From Eledone cirrhosa (taxonomy: Eukaryota), in assembly GCA_964016885.1 (NCBI GenBank), contig OZ024741.1, positions 181,226,001-181,290,000 on the forward strand: a stretch of 64,000 bases of DNA, read 5' to 3'. Below, piece after piece: positions 40,588 through 57,410 of the stretch; the first letter of the stretch is position 1; each line of letters opens with the position of its first letter. Both the position numbers and the translations under genes were made by a program. A model generated the notes under the pieces. It saw only the letters and a program-made list of their open reading frames with translations, did no database searches and was not told the origin of the DNA.

Positions 40588-41088
40588 ATTAGTTATTTGT
40601 ATTGATAAAAAAGGAAAAATTAAATAAATAAAAGTTAATAATTGAAAGAATAACTGAACCCGGTATCCAACGATGTAAAATACTTCAGAAAATCAATACG
40701 TTAGTGTAAAGTAGGTAAGACCATAAAGATTCCAAAGGTTAATATTTGCAATATAACTTTTAAAAATGCGTAAAATGTCGAACAGTCTCAGCGGTTTGGT
40801 GGTACAACTCTGGTTATATAATTGAAGAAGAAGAATTTTGCTTCTCGTTTTGCTAACTAGAAGAAATTAGAATGTAGAAGAAGCTACAGATTCGTTCGGT
40901 TTCGCAGGGCATAGAGCACCGTTTGCCTTGGAATCTATAGCAACAGAATCACAGTTAGAACTCCGTTCGCCTTGGAAGCTACAGCTGAGGTTATAGCTTC
41001 GTTGGCCATAGAGCCCAAGATTTACATTTCTCTAACCACAAAAAAAGACATACATACATACATATATATATATACATATATTACATGC

Positions 41089-41311
41089 GTGTGGCTGAGT
41101 GGTTAGAGAATTGGATTCGCGATCGTGAGGTTGTGATTTCGATCCCCTGACCGGGTGATGCGTTATGACCTTAAGCAAGACACTTTATTTCACAGTGCTC
41201 CTTCTACCTGGATTTGCGACCGATAGATAGTATTAGCAATTGGAAATATTTGACGAGCTCCACCCCACTCGTTAAGCGAATGAAGTATGGGATCTTGTCG
41301 ATCGACTGTCG
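41089..41311 (+). mobile_element. tRNA-derived SINE family 2
   Basis: GTGGCTGAGTGG A-box, TTCGATCCC B-box, CCTTAAGCAAGACACTT core; matches 21491-21722. Confidence 0.82.
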
Positions 41312-41700
41312 TTATTATATTTTAATCTATACAATGTTTTTCATATTTTTCTAGTTCCATATTTTATTTTTTATTTATCATTTTATATTACATTATTTTA
41401 TATTTTACATATTTCCTCTATACCAATACCCCTGCCGTTACCACCACTAACTCCCACCCTCGTCTCCAAACACTCACTAACACATCATAGTTAATTCTCT
41501 ACCCTCTATCATGTAAAAACTCTTATATAAGCCATTTCTTATATTTTTACATTTCCTATTTCTTAATCTTAATCCCTATAATCTCTACATCTTATTTTAT
41601 GTTATTTTAATTCAAATTTTAATCTTAATTTTTAGTTTATTTTTGATAAATTTTATTTTTCACTATAGCTTTTCATACTTTATATCTTATTCTTCCTTGA

Positions 41701-41701
<1 letters not shown>

Positions 41702-41780
<79 letters not shown>

Positions 41781-41781
41781 T
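41702..41781. repeat. (CTA)n microsatellite
   Basis: Direct reading. Confidence 0.95.
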
Positions 41782-42073
41782 ATAGGAGGAGGCACCTCTG
41801 TCTCTTCTCGGTTACTTACTTACATGTTCCAGTGTCCTGTGTTAACCCCTTCTATCGGTATGTTTTCTTCCTTTTTTCCCTTTTTTCTTTCTTTTTTTCT
41901 TCCTTTCTCGCTCTTCACTATCGCTTCTTTCCCTCATAGCTTTTTTGATAGATAAAAAGCTATTGGCGCGCTACGGATAGAGGTGTTGTCTATAATGCGC
42001 TGAAACATCTGTAGACAACTGATGAAGGGAAAAGGTTCATCTCTTGTTTGTCTCTCTTTTCACCTTCTAACAC

Positions 42074-42163
<90 letters not shown>

Positions 42164-42614
42164 TGCAAAATTGCTTCCAGAGATTGATACATCTATCGCC
42201 TGATCATCTTTTCAATAGTTGGTTGTTAACAAATTCTTAGGTTTCTTTTTCTCGAAAAATATTTTCATAGCAACGAAACCAGTTTTCTCTGACGTAAATG
42301 GACAAGAATTGTTTCGTGGCGAAAGAAATGGTTAAGAAAACAACCTTACATATAACAGACTAGCAAAATTGATTATATATATATACGTGTGTGACAGTAG
42401 CGAGATGAGTAGTTCTTTGAAATTGACGAATGTTTAGTTGGCGTGCTTACCAGACCGAACGCCTGTTTTGTTCATCGCTTTCTTAGTACAGAAGCAGGAG
42501 CTGACTTTTGTCTTGTTTGTAACTGCTATGTTAGAAATATATGACGATAAACACAACAATGAGTAAGAATTCATACACAGACAGATTATACATACACGCA
42601 TGCGCACATATAAT

Positions 42615-43059
42615 AATTGTTTCTACTTTTGGCACAAGGCCATCAATTAGCCAATACATTACTGGTACTTTATTTTATCGACCCCGTAAGGATGAAAGGC
42701 AAAGTTAACCTCGGCGGGATTTGAACTGAGACCGTAAAGGGAGGACGTAACTATGCCCGGAAAGCATGGCGTCCGACTCTCTATCGATACTGCCAATCCA
42801 CATATAATAATGTTTTCTGATCTAGGCACAAGGCCAACAATATTGGAGAAGGGGAAAGTCAATTAAATCGGATCCTGTGCATTACTGGTGCTTTATTTTA
42901 TCGACGCTGTAAAGAGGAAAGACAAAGCTAACCTCAGCGGGATTTGAACTCAGAACGTAAAAGGGCGGAACAAATACCGTAAAGCATTTGTTCAAGACTA
43001 CCAATCCACCACCTTCGGTATATAACATTAAATACAGCGACCAGAATACCAAACTCCAG

Positions 43060-43156
<97 letters not shown>

Positions 43157-43550
43157 GAGGCGCGCGTGTGTATATAATATCGAAGAGCGAGTGTGTATTA
43201 CTTGAACAGATAGTTACGGGCCTTTATATTCTGAGTTTAAATCCCGCCGAGGTTAACTTTGCTTTCATCCTTACAGGGTCGATAAAATAAAGTACCAGTA
43301 ACGCACTGGGGTCGATTTAATATAATTTTCCCTCCCCAAAATTACTCGTCTTGTGCCTATAGTAGAAATCATTATTTGAACAGATAGTTACAGCCCTTTA
43401 CATTCTGAGTTTAAATCCCGCTGATATAAGCTTTATCTTTCATCCTTACGGGGTCGATCAAATATAGTACCAGTAATGCCCTGAGGTCGATTTAATCGTC
43501 ATTTCTCTTCCCATCAAATCGTTGGCCTTGAGCTAAAAGTAGAAATAATT
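42615..43550. mobile_element. Four SINE family 1 copies (two minus, then (CA)n, then two plus)
   Basis: Core and tail motifs as in the other copies. Confidence 0.8.
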
Positions 43551-43689
43551 TGAATAGATGAATAGGTTAAGTGAACATTTGCTTTCATTCTTTCTTCGGT
43601 TTCTGAAGATCCCCCCGCCCCCCCCCCCCCCCAAAAGGGAGAAAAGAAACATTATTTGCTTAAACTTTTAATCTGTTCAATCAATCAAT

Positions 43690-43766
<77 letters not shown>

Positions 43767-43794
43767 TATATATTATAGTAATAATAATAAAATT

Positions 43795-44124
43795 GAAGAC
43801 TAAAATCCAAAGAGGGCTCGATAAGGACAAATATATATCAAATATATAAGAACCGTAGAGCAAATATTTATTAAAATAACAGATTAAAGTTTAAGCAAAG
43901 AATCGCTGCTTTCACCCTTAACGGGATCTTCTGAAACTAACAAAGTCAATCTGTGAACGCAGATATTTCAAACAACGTTGCAACCGGAGGAAGACAGGAA
44001 GACGATACCTTGGTTCGTGAAATATCTGCGTTCACGGATTGACTTTGTTAGTTTCAGAAGATCCCGTTAAGGGTGAAAGCAGCGATTCTTTGCTTAAACT
44101 TTAATCTGTTATTTTAATAAATAT
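43795..44124 (-). mobile_element. Short Penelope-like 3' end with a 107-bp inverted duplication
   Basis: Arms 43864-43970 and 44018-44124 (1 mismatch); variant hammerhead GTTT-CAGAAGA-TCCC..GGGT-GAAA-GCA..TGC-TT-AAAC. Confidence 0.7.
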
Positions 44125-44125
44125 A

Positions 44126-44195
<70 letters not shown>

Positions 44196-44208
44196 TTATA
44201 CATACATT

Positions 44209-44297
<89 letters not shown>

Positions 44298-44430
44298 AAT
44301 ATATATACAAAAATATGGATTGAGGGAGGAGAGGCTGTGTGGGTACTGATAATGATTGTTAGAAGGTAAAGCGACACAAACAAGAGATGGACAGTTTCCC
44401 TTCGTCAATTGTTTACTACGGGTCACGAAT

Positions 44431-44492
<62 letters not shown>

Positions 44493-44825
44493 TGAGAGAG
44501 AGAGAGACTTTGTTTTATCATGAGTTAAGGCTCTATTGATTTTTCCCTGGATTTCTCTAAATTCTGTTGGATAAATCTATATCCTGATTCTTTTTGAATT
44601 GAGTTTGAATTATTTTTCCCATATCTTATGTTAACTATTTTCCCATTTTGACGCTATAGACACTTATATATTATGGAATACCGTTAGCTTCTGGCTACAA
44701 CAATTTCTATACTTTTCATTTATATATATATATACATACATATATATATATACATATACATATACATATATATACATATATACGATTTTACTAAGCTTCC
44801 ACTTGTATATATATAAATTTATATA

Positions 44826-45029
44826 CACGTTATTCCGGGTTGAATCGGAGGTAACCACAGTAAGTAAGGTACTCAATACATTGCAGAGTATAAAAGTTTT
44901 AATATAGATGAGATTCTACAGGACTAGAACTGTTTCATTCTTTAGAAATCATCAGGAATCCCTGATTCCTGATTCCTGATGATTTCTAAAGAATGAAACA
45001 GTTCTAGTCCTGTAGAATCTCATCTATAT
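44826..45029 (-). mobile_element. Short Penelope-like 3' end with a perfect 59-bp fold-back
   Basis: Arms 44902-44960 and 44971-45029; same family as 46890-47060. Confidence 0.78.
44971..45019 (+). ncRNA. Type I hammerhead motif (mirror copy on the minus strand at 44912-44960)
   Basis: GATTC-CTGATGA-TTTCTAAAGAAT-GAAA-CAG(TTCTAGTC)CTG-TA-GAATC. Confidence 0.75.
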
Positions 45030-45031
45030 AA

Positions 45032-46263
<1,232 letters not shown>

Positions 46264-46290
46264 CACATTCATATACATATATATACATAC

Positions 46291-46388
<98 letters not shown>

Positions 46389-46549
46389 ATATATGTATAT
46401 GTATGTGTATATGTATATATATATATATATATATACATATACAAGTGGAAGCTTAGTAAAATCGAAGCTTTAGCTGTGGCCAAGCAAAGTCGACCTACAA
46501 TAGGAATGAGCAGCAAAGCACTCAATAAGGTAGGCCTTAGAGTAATAAC

Positions 46550-46736
46550 TGTTTCTACTTTTGGCACAAGGCCAGCAATTACCCAGTACACTACTGGTAC
46601 TTTATTTTATCGACCCCGTAAGGATGAAAGGCAAAGTTAACCTCGACGGGATTTGAACTCAAACCATAAAGGGACGTAACTATGCTAGAAAGCATGGCGT
46701 CCAACCCTCTACTGATACTGCCAATTCACCGCCCTC
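46550..46736 (-). mobile_element. SINE family 1, full length, with a 12-bp target-site duplication
   Basis: TAGAGTAATAAC at 46538-46549 and 46737-46748. Confidence 0.9.
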
Positions 46737-46889
46737 TAGAGTAATAACATACGTTTAGACAGCTTGACAAATTGAAAATTGCGGCAGGCAGACCTAGCGA
46801 CACAATACCAAAAATAACGAAAAAACTAATCAGGTTAGACAACTGACGAGATAGAGAGATAGATAGATATATATGCGTGTGTGTGTGTG

Positions 46890-47060
46890 AGTATCCCGGG
46901 TTTAATCGGGGCTAACCACAGTTAGTAAGCTACTCAATATATATTAGAGTATATACAATGTTTAATATAGGAATGGCTTCTACAGGACTAGTACTGTTTC
47001 ATTCGAATGTAATCATCAGGAAAGCTCTGATGATTTCCTTCGAATGAAACAGTTCTAGTC
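46890..47060 (-). mobile_element. Short Penelope-like 3' end with a 34-bp fold-back
   Basis: Arms 46986-47019 and 47027-47060; CTGATGA..GAAACAG cores on both strands. Confidence 0.72.
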
Positions 47061-47101
<41 letters not shown>

Positions 47102-47137
47102 TGAGTGAGTGAGTGTGTGTGTGTGTGTGTATGTATG

Positions 47138-47178
<41 letters not shown>

Positions 47179-47206
47179 GTGTGTGTGTGTGTGTGTGAGT
47201 GAGTGA

Positions 47207-47238
<32 letters not shown>

Positions 47239-47241
47239 ATG

Positions 47242-47281
<40 letters not shown>

Positions 47282-47298
47282 CGTGTGTGTGTGTGTGA

Positions 47299-47346
<48 letters not shown>

Positions 47347-47355
47347 ATGTATGTA

Positions 47356-47400
<45 letters not shown>

Positions 47401-47401
47401 C

Positions 47402-48660
47402 ATCTCAGTCGACCTTCAGATCCAATCGGAAATAAACTCATGCCCAACCACCACTTTCTCATACAGTCGTCAATTTGAAGTATGTCAATAAAGTTAGCTG
47501 TTTGTCTCCCACAGTCTATCTGTCCCTACATTGGTTGCTACAGCATTAGATTTGAGGCCCATTTCTTCAAGATGTCTCACATACTAATTTGCCAATTGCA
47601 ATTTTCGCTGATCTGTCTTTTCAGTTAACCTTTGTATTAGTGGAGCCGTTCTTCAAAATTCCATCGAGCTGATTTTCAAGCCTCCGTATGCGTGTCCGTG
47701 TTTCACAGCCATATAACAAGACAGATTCAACTGTTGCTAAGAAGAATCTAATCTTAATGCTCTTCCTCAGAGATAACTTCAAGATCTTTGATAATTTATG
47801 GCATACTTGCCATGTAATTGTCTATTTAATTTTTATTCCCTTTTCTGAGCTTCTTCATATTTGAAATTTTCAACAACTTTTAGTTGCTGTCCATATTTGG
47901 AGTTTATGATTACTGGGTCTGTTTGATTTAATTGCATAAGCTCTGTTTTGCGAGAATTAAGGATAGACCAATTTTCCCAGATTCCATATCTACCCTTTCT
48001 AGGAGTTCTTGTCCTTGGAGTATTTCTGGCAGCAAACATAAGATCGGACACTACTATTTTAGTTTCTCACCCCCACTTTCCTCAGTCGACGTGATCACCC
48101 CTTCCTTCGTCAGTCATATCTAGTGTGTGACGAACAAATACACACTGTTTTTCTTATATTACTGATCTTTAGGATTTGAAACCATTTTGATATTGTCTTA
48201 GATAAGATCAAGATGTGGCTGAATACTATTTAGTGATTTTTTTATGCAATTGATATTAAACTCATTCCTCGGTATTTTATTGTATAACTCAGGTTACCAG
48301 AATTCAGCTGAGGTATTATATCAATTTGTGACCATTGTTGTGGATTACCATTTTCTGTCAAAATTGTGTTAACGAATTGAAGAATGATATTGATGCTTCA
48401 GAAGTTGAAAACCTCTGCTGGGAAGGCATCTTACTCTGGTGTTTTCCCTCTTACTTACCTTTTCTACATCACCTGATGCTTATTTATTGCAAAATGTTCT
48501 GGGTTTATTCTAAAATCTGGTAGAACATGGAGAACTTTTTCATCTCAATTACCAGTGATGGTAGGTTCATTTCCAAATATTTCAGTGAAGTATGATAGCC
48601 ACTTCTTCAATCTATTTTCCTTGCTATTTCCTGTTAGCACAACCTTAAGAGTTTTCACCT
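47402..48660 (-). pseudogene. Decayed RTE/RTEX-like RT fragments
   Basis: Minus strand: LKVVENFKY and KIRFFLATVESVLLYGCET. Confidence 0.65.
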
Positions 48661-48682
48661 GGCATTAATTTCATCATATATA

Positions 48683-48870
48683 GTGGGGTGGATTGGCAGT
48701 ATCAGTAGAGGGTCGGACGCCATGCTTTCCAGCATAGTTACATCCCTTTACGATCTGAGTTCAAATCCCGCCGAGGTTGACTTTGCCTTTCATCCTTACG
48801 GGGTCGATAAAATAAAGTACCAGTAATGCACTGGGTAATTGCTGGCCTTGTGCCTAAAGTAGAGACAATT
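48683..48870 (+). mobile_element. SINE family 1, full length, with a ~19-bp target-site duplication
   Basis: ATTAATTTCATCA(T/C)ATATA at 48664 and 48868; GTTCAAATCC B-box. Confidence 0.9.
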
Positions 48871-48878
48871 AATTTCAT

Positions 48879-48925
<47 letters not shown>

Positions 48926-49095
48926 TTTCTGAATTTGTTTAGCAAGATTCTTTATCTGAAAACGTGTGTTGAAACCGATATTGTTATACTTTGGGAGGGT
49001 CATGTTGCCAATAAGAAACACACGCACCAGTTGCTTTCACTCAATTTTATTATAAATTAAATTTATAAATTTAAGAATTTATAAATTTCCCGTTG

Positions 49096-49138
49096 GTCAA
49101 AGTTCTTTCGTCACACATTCTGTGACCTCTTCAGTGAC
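49096..49138 (-). ncRNA. Minimal hammerhead motif in the PLE terminal repeat
   Basis: GTCA-CTGAAGA-G-GTCAC..GTGAC-GAAA-GAAC-TT-TGAC. Confidence 0.7.
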
Positions 49139-49334
49139 TGGGGATTCTTTTCTTTGTTTTGTGCCTCTCCTTTGTTCTGTCCTACGCCATCTTGTTTTTG
49201 TGTGTTGTGTGCTTAGTTTGCGCATGTGTTACATCCGGGTGTCTGTGTGTGTTTTTATTTGTTTATTTATTTGTTTATTTACATGTTACTGGCTGGTTGT
49301 TTGTTCTATGTGTGTGTGTGTTTTCATTTTGTCC

Positions 49335-51190
49335 TTAATTGTAAGTTGTGATGTTGCTATTCCATTCATGTTTTCTATTTAATTTTGGTTGGAGTTCATT
49401 TATGTTTATTGCCTCTGTGATTTGTCTAAACATTGCGTCTTTTCTGTGTGTAGATTCTATTTTTATTTCTATGTTCTCTAATTTGCTCTTATGTTCTATT
49501 TTAGCATGTTGGTGGAGTATTGATGATTCTTTTTTATCTTGAAGTTCTCGCCAGTGTTCATTTAACCGTTCTCCTATACTACGAGGTGTCTCACCTATGT
49601 ACACTATATTCTTATCTTTACATTGTCCTTCAGTACATCTTATGCTATATACTACATTTCTAGTTTTACAGTTAATATGGGGGCTTAGTTTACAGATTAT
49701 GCATTTTTTATCTATACAGGGAGGTCTTTGAAAAGGGTATGTATTACTAATAAGTGTTTTTATGGAGGTACCTGGTCTTTCTACTATCTTAATATTAAGT
49801 TTAAGTTTATCTAGGGTCCTTTTAAATTTGTAAGCTAATTCACCTCTAGGGGTTGTATTGATGAACATTACACTCTGGTATTTATTGCTATCATACCATG
49901 AGTTTATTCTATTAACCTTATTCCTAGTTCTTTCTATTCTATTCCAAAATTTGCTCCTATACAAGGGGCAGGTCCCATTTGTATCATTATTTACCATTTT
50001 TTCCCATTTGGTTCTGGCTCCTCTATATACTCTGATTTTATCTCTCTGATTGTAACCAGAGAACTGCATACAGTGGATGAAGTGTTGTATGTGTCTCTCT
50101 AGTTCTTTAGGGTTGCACATGCGGGACACGTTTCTCATCACCCGTACCAAATCCGCAATCAATATGTTGATTTTGGTGTGATCCGAAACAGCTGAGTTTC
50201 GGTGGATCAGATATTTGGAAGTCATGGGTTTGGCATAATGGGAATGGAGGATTTGTTTTTTGTTATTAATAGTTTCTAACCAGAGCTCTGTGTCTAGTAC
50301 AGGTAATCGATGGTTGGGGTGTTTGCTTGGGTAGTCTATAGTAACCCTAATACTCTGGTGGATGGAGTTAGCTATTTGCTGGATGCTTTCCATGGTGTTT
50401 TTCTCTAATTCCTGCCTGTTCTCTAGTGGGGGTACATTTACTACGATGTTTATATCATCAACGTAGCGGGAGTACATTATCAGGGTTAAGAGGTTGCTGT
50501 CTTCTAATTGTTCTTTAAGTTTAAGTTTAAGTCTATTGTCCCACCATACCATGAATAGGTTAGCTATGTCACCTGCAATGCTAACACCAATGGCTGCTCC
50601 CTCCTCTTGGGCATATGTTTTTCCATTAAATTTGAACATATGTTCCTTAAGGGTTAGTTTTATACTGGCACCCACCGCATGTGCAATCATTTTCTTTAGT
50701 TCATCGTGGTTTTCGGGGGGCCGTATGGCTCTGGTCCACCCGTTCCATCTTTCTGTGTGGGTTTTCTTGGCCATTGAGCTAATGGTAGGTGGTCTGCTTC
50801 TTGCTGGTCTTGTAGGGCACAGGTTGCTAAGGTCATATGTATCTAGATAATTATTACTATAAGTAAGTTTAAGTAGGAGTCCCAGCTCACTGGTATCAAT
50901 CTCACGGTATTCAACATTGCTCTCACTGATCATTTCTACTCATTTCCCCACAGAAAAATCTTTGTCAATGGATGGATATAGGGACACAACATCCATACTA
51001 CCTATTATACAGTCTGTTAGGTCCCTAGATCGGTTATTTTCGCTGATTCTGCTGAGGAGGTCCTCCGTGCTGTCATATATCTGGGGACATTTCAATGATG
51101 GGGCGTATGATCAGGGAAAGGAAGTAGGAAAGTCTATAGTTACTAGCAATGTTAGCTCCACAGACTGGCCGTGTTGGTGGTCCTGTGACA
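49335..51190 (-). pseudogene. PLE RT + GIY-YIG endonuclease (532-aa open part at 49335-50933)
   Basis: RPVCG and SMDVVSLYPSI lie upstream of a stop; then QEEGAAIG, RYVDD, NVVYSIRC..YIGET..ERLNEH, ITEA..QPKLN. Confidence 0.92.
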
Positions 51191-51395
51191 GGGTCACTGT
51201 TCGTCTGAAGAGGTCACAGAATGTGTGACGAAAGAACTTTGACAATATATGAACAACCGCCCGATTGTGGAAGCAACCAACCAACCAACCGGAAATTTAT
51301 AAATTCTTAAATTTATAAATTTAATTTATAATAAATTGGAGTGAAAGCAACTGGTGCGTGTGTTTCTTATTGGCAATGTGACCCTCCCAAAGTAT

Positions 51396-51458
<63 letters not shown>

Positions 51459-51530
51459 TACGTACACACACATAGACACATATATATATATATAAATTTC
51501 ACTGGGGACATCTTTGCTTTTCATTATTTA

Positions 51531-51702
51531 GTATCGGTAGAGGGTCGGACGCCATGCTTTCCAGCATAGTTACGTCCCTTTTCGATCTGAGTTCAAATCC
51601 CGCTGAGGTTGACTTTGCCTTTCATCCTTGCGGGGTCGATAAAATAAAGTACCAGTAATGTACTGGGTAATTGCTGGCCTTGTGCCAAAGGTAGAAACAA
51701 TT
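51531..51702 (+). mobile_element. SINE family 1
   Basis: Nearly identical to 48699-48870. Confidence 0.88.
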
Positions 51703-51949
51703 ATTTCGTGACGGATAAATAGATTACCAGGACAGTGTTGTTGCACCCGATGGCGGCTCTTATGTATTGGACATTGCAGATTATTATATAGCAACTACGT
51801 AATACTACAGTTGCAGCCTGATGACACCCGTCATCCCACTACCAGAAATTGGTGCAAATCGGTGGTTGTTTTGCCGGGACGGTTGAGATATGGTTTAGAA
51901 GATAATGTGGGGTTTAACTCTTCCATGAGCGGTGTGGGTCTAGTGAACG

Positions 51950-52500
51950 AGGTCAAATGTTGGTGTATGGATTACGTTTGTTTGAGTTCATGAATGGCTT
52001 TGGTTTGTACTGCATGTATTTGCGTTCAAGTTAAGGTAATTGACAGTCTCAGTTACATATATTACATTAGTTATTTGAAGTATGTTTTGTGGTTTGTAGC
52101 TTTGCATTTTCATTTTGATGAGAAGCTTTTTAAAACTGATGTTTTTGTAGTATATTATAATTTTAGTTTGTGGTTATATGTGATAAAATTTGTATTCTGG
52201 TTTATGCGTGACTCAGTAACGTATTCATCAATTTCCTTACTAAGTTACAGTTTGTTTATACTTTTGTTTATACTTGGCCGCATCTTGAGAAGTTAACTGG
52301 TTTCCTTGAAAATCCGCGTTATTAAAACAACAACACATATGTTCAAGACTCTTATATATAGTGTCTGTGTTGATGCTTTGGAGGTGGCATACCGTCAGGT
52401 TCTTTTGAAGTTGAGAACACTCAGATTGCCAGTTGTAGGGTTTAAACCTCTGTCCTTTATATTAGTTGATACGGTTCCATAAGAAACAGTACGTTAATAG
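51950..52500 (-). pseudogene. Possible highly decayed PLE GIY-YIG region
   Basis: TNVIY-like motif on the minus strand; many disruptions. Confidence 0.3.
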
Positions 52501-53341
52501 TTTAACAGTTTTTTAATAAAAAAAAAAATGCTATAAACATTTGCTGTGTCCTAGAAGACGACAATTACTTGTGTGTATGTATGCATGCATGCGTGTGTGC
52601 TTGTGTGTGTGCTTGTGTGTATGTGTGTTTGTGTGTGTGTATGTGTGCGTGTGTGTAAACCAACTAACACATCGGGTATTATATATTAACTAACGTTTGT
52701 TTAACTTATATAATCTTATTTAGATAGGATGGTACTTCATATATTAATAAGTTTCTGGGCACTCATTATCTCCGTGCATAAAAGCGTTACTTGATAGCAC
52801 TCTCATCCCATAAAAAGAAGTCCTATAAAAAGAAAAGCCCTAAAACCTAAAAGATTAACTATGAATGCTTCCTTAATAGAAAAACGCAAACTATGAAACC
52901 TCACACAGATACATCACATGTGAAATAAACTACAAGAATAAACCATTAAGCAAGTTTAAATATCCGGTGATACAAACATACATACATACATGATGGCTGC
53001 CTCCTCGTTATCGAGTATGACCATTGCACGATATACCATTATTAATAATTATTAATTAATTCTATCGTGCAATGCCTGTGCATGAAGGTATTTTTTAAAG
53101 TGAGGAAAGACTGTGTACTGAGCCAATCCCACTCTCTGAGCGACAGTAGCTATAACCGGAAAAGAAGAAAAGATCAACATCATCGGTAACTACTGAGCCG
53201 CAGGTTTTATATCAGAGTTATCCCAGTTTCCTGAGTTGCCTTCTCCTAGAAATATGCCCTGACAAAGGCTAGGGGTCCTACACATACATACATACATACA
53301 TACATACATACATACATACATACATACATACATACATACAT

Positions 53342-53813
53342 AATATCAAAGATTAGGGGAAAAGGAGAATATTTATGCAGATCTAATGAGAAATCTGCAG
53401 ATACTCCACCCTGATTATACCTTCAGATTTATGCCTGTGATTATTGGGGCATTGGGGGTATGTTAGTAACTGCCTCAATACAAATCTTGAGAAGCTGGGC
53501 TTCCCAGGAACAGAAAGAACACAACTAGTTAGGAAATTACAAGTACAATCCATTAATGGAACAGTAAAAATATGTAAAACATTCCAGAGATTTTGCATCT
53601 AATAACTGCATATACACATGTACAGATATAAAGCATATACACATGCACACATACACATCCACACATACAATAACATCCATATCTACACATGCATGCATAC
53701 ATATCTACCTAGTTGATGTTGAGTAAATTCCAATGAGAGAGTCTTGTGTCTATGTTAGAAACCGACTCTCTCTCTATGGGGAAACAATTTGTGAAATTAT
53801 AAAACCAGAAGAA
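53342..53813 (+). mobile_element. 3' end of an RLE-type element between (CATA)n arrays
   Basis: ENIYADLMRNLQILHPDYTFRFMPVIIGALG..GTVKICKTF; flanked by 53283-53341 and 53814-54092. Confidence 0.85.
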
Positions 53814-54269
53814 CATACATACATACATACATACATACATACATACATACATACATACATACATACATACATACGTACATACATACATACATACGTACGT
53901 ATGTACATACATACATACATACATACATACGTACGTACATACATACATACATACATACATACATACATACATACGTACATACATACGTACATACATACAC
54001 ACACACATACATACATACACACATACATACATACACACATACATACGTACATACATACACACACACATACGTACATACATACATACATACATATGTAGTG
54101 GCCGATCGAAGGTGGCCGATCAAAATGTACTCGAAATTAAGAGAAAGAGAAACATGCATATATACATAGATACATGATGGCTGTTCTTCTATCTCGAGTA
54201 AAGCCATTACTTGAAGCATGAGCATCACGGACGTGTCTTTTCAGTCCTGCTAGGGACCCACTATATTGG

Positions 54270-54702
54270 CTCCCACTTTGAAGGATATGCTTTTGCAATC
54301 CAATCAACACAAAATGCCTGATTCACAAAAGAGATAGGGATGCAGGCAAAACACTTAGATGTGACAAGTGCAGACTCTGCAGAATTAACATCGAAGATGT
54401 CACCCATGTCATAAGCAGCTGTCCAAAGATGTCACCACGGTATATCTACCTATGAGGCATGATGTAGTGGCCAAAACGCTGTACAATGCAATCCGCAGAA
54501 AAGATAGCCCCGACAATAAACACATTAACAGCTACAGCAATGTGGAAGACATATACATACATAAAATGAAAGAGTACTGGTGGAATATTCCAGTCAAAAC
54601 CCCAATAAAATGCAGGCATAACAGACCAGATATAATGATATGGGACAGGGAAAAGAAGGCATGCACAGTAGTGGAAATTAGCTGCCTAGCAGATACCAAT
54701 AT
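54270..54702 (+). pseudogene. RLE-type element zinc-knuckle / PD-(D/E)xK region
   Basis: CRLC..EDVTHVISSC, RHDVVAK, HNRPDIMIWD..VVEISC. Confidence 0.85.
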
Positions 54703-56317
<1,615 letters not shown>

Positions 56318-56595
56318 ATTCAAAATTTAGTTAAATTCACATTTTCATTTAAGTACACACGCTGACACCCAGAAGTGACTGGAAGAAGGAAATAACAACA
56401 GGCGATGTACAAGACAAGTTTACACACACGTACATCTTTACCCTCATCAGCTCTCAAACCAGCAAAATGATTTCGCACGATTTAATTGAGAGCACCATTT
56501 TAAAATGCTGAATCGTGCAACAGAAAAATAAATCTTTCCGTTGGTATGATGTGAGTGTGTGTGATAAAACAAACAACACAAACACCCCTCCCCCC

Positions 56596-56636
<41 letters not shown>

Positions 56637-57356
56637 CAATGTCAACAGGTATGTACGGAATGTCGCACATGATAAACTATTAACCACCCCCGCACTCAAG
56701 CGGTAAAACAGAAATGTAGGGATAATGAGAAAGCAAGAAAATTTCGAGAAATTAAGAATAAATTCACGGTTGAATATAACATGCTTAGAAAGAGGAGAAC
56801 ACATACACACACATACACAAATACACACTCACAAACATCTTATTTCGTTATGTACATTTGGTTCTGTTTTACAACTAGAAATATTTGTTTTCATTTAAAC
56901 ATCAATTGCCAATCTCAGTCAGCAATGTTTTGGAAACATCACCGTCAATAACAAAATTGCTTGAATAATTGCTGTGAATTTCATAAATCACTGCAGAAAT
57001 ACTTAGCAATGATGAAGTTTTCGAGACACTTACAGTGTTTGTCTATAGAGAAAAGTTCACGCCAAAAGATTGGATTGCATTCAAATTCTAATAGACTGTG
57101 ATAAATATTTATGTATGTTTGAAATGACGATTAATTACGTTGCCTACTGAAGCATAGGAAATTCAACAGAACAACAATCTGATTTTTCTGTTTTCATTAT
57201 AGTTATTATTATTTTTTAGCAATGAAATTAATGAGTCCGGTTATTCGTGAATATATTAGAAAACCGGAAGGATGGTCTCAGACGATTCTTGTAGTGGGAA
57301 TAATAATAATGATGATGACGACGATGATGATGATGATAATAAAAATAATAATGATG

Positions 57357-57410
<54 letters not shown>

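Larger units (their letters stand above)
48924..51403 (-). mobile_element. 5'-truncated Penelope-like element with an inverted terminal repeat, in (TA)n
   Basis: RT plus GIY-YIG; 48978-49134 is inverted at 51205-51403; (TA)n on both flanks. Confidence 0.93.

Noticed and set aside
41089-41160. tRNA gene
   Set aside because: A and B boxes continue into a SINE body that is repeated at 21491; no clean cloverleaf.
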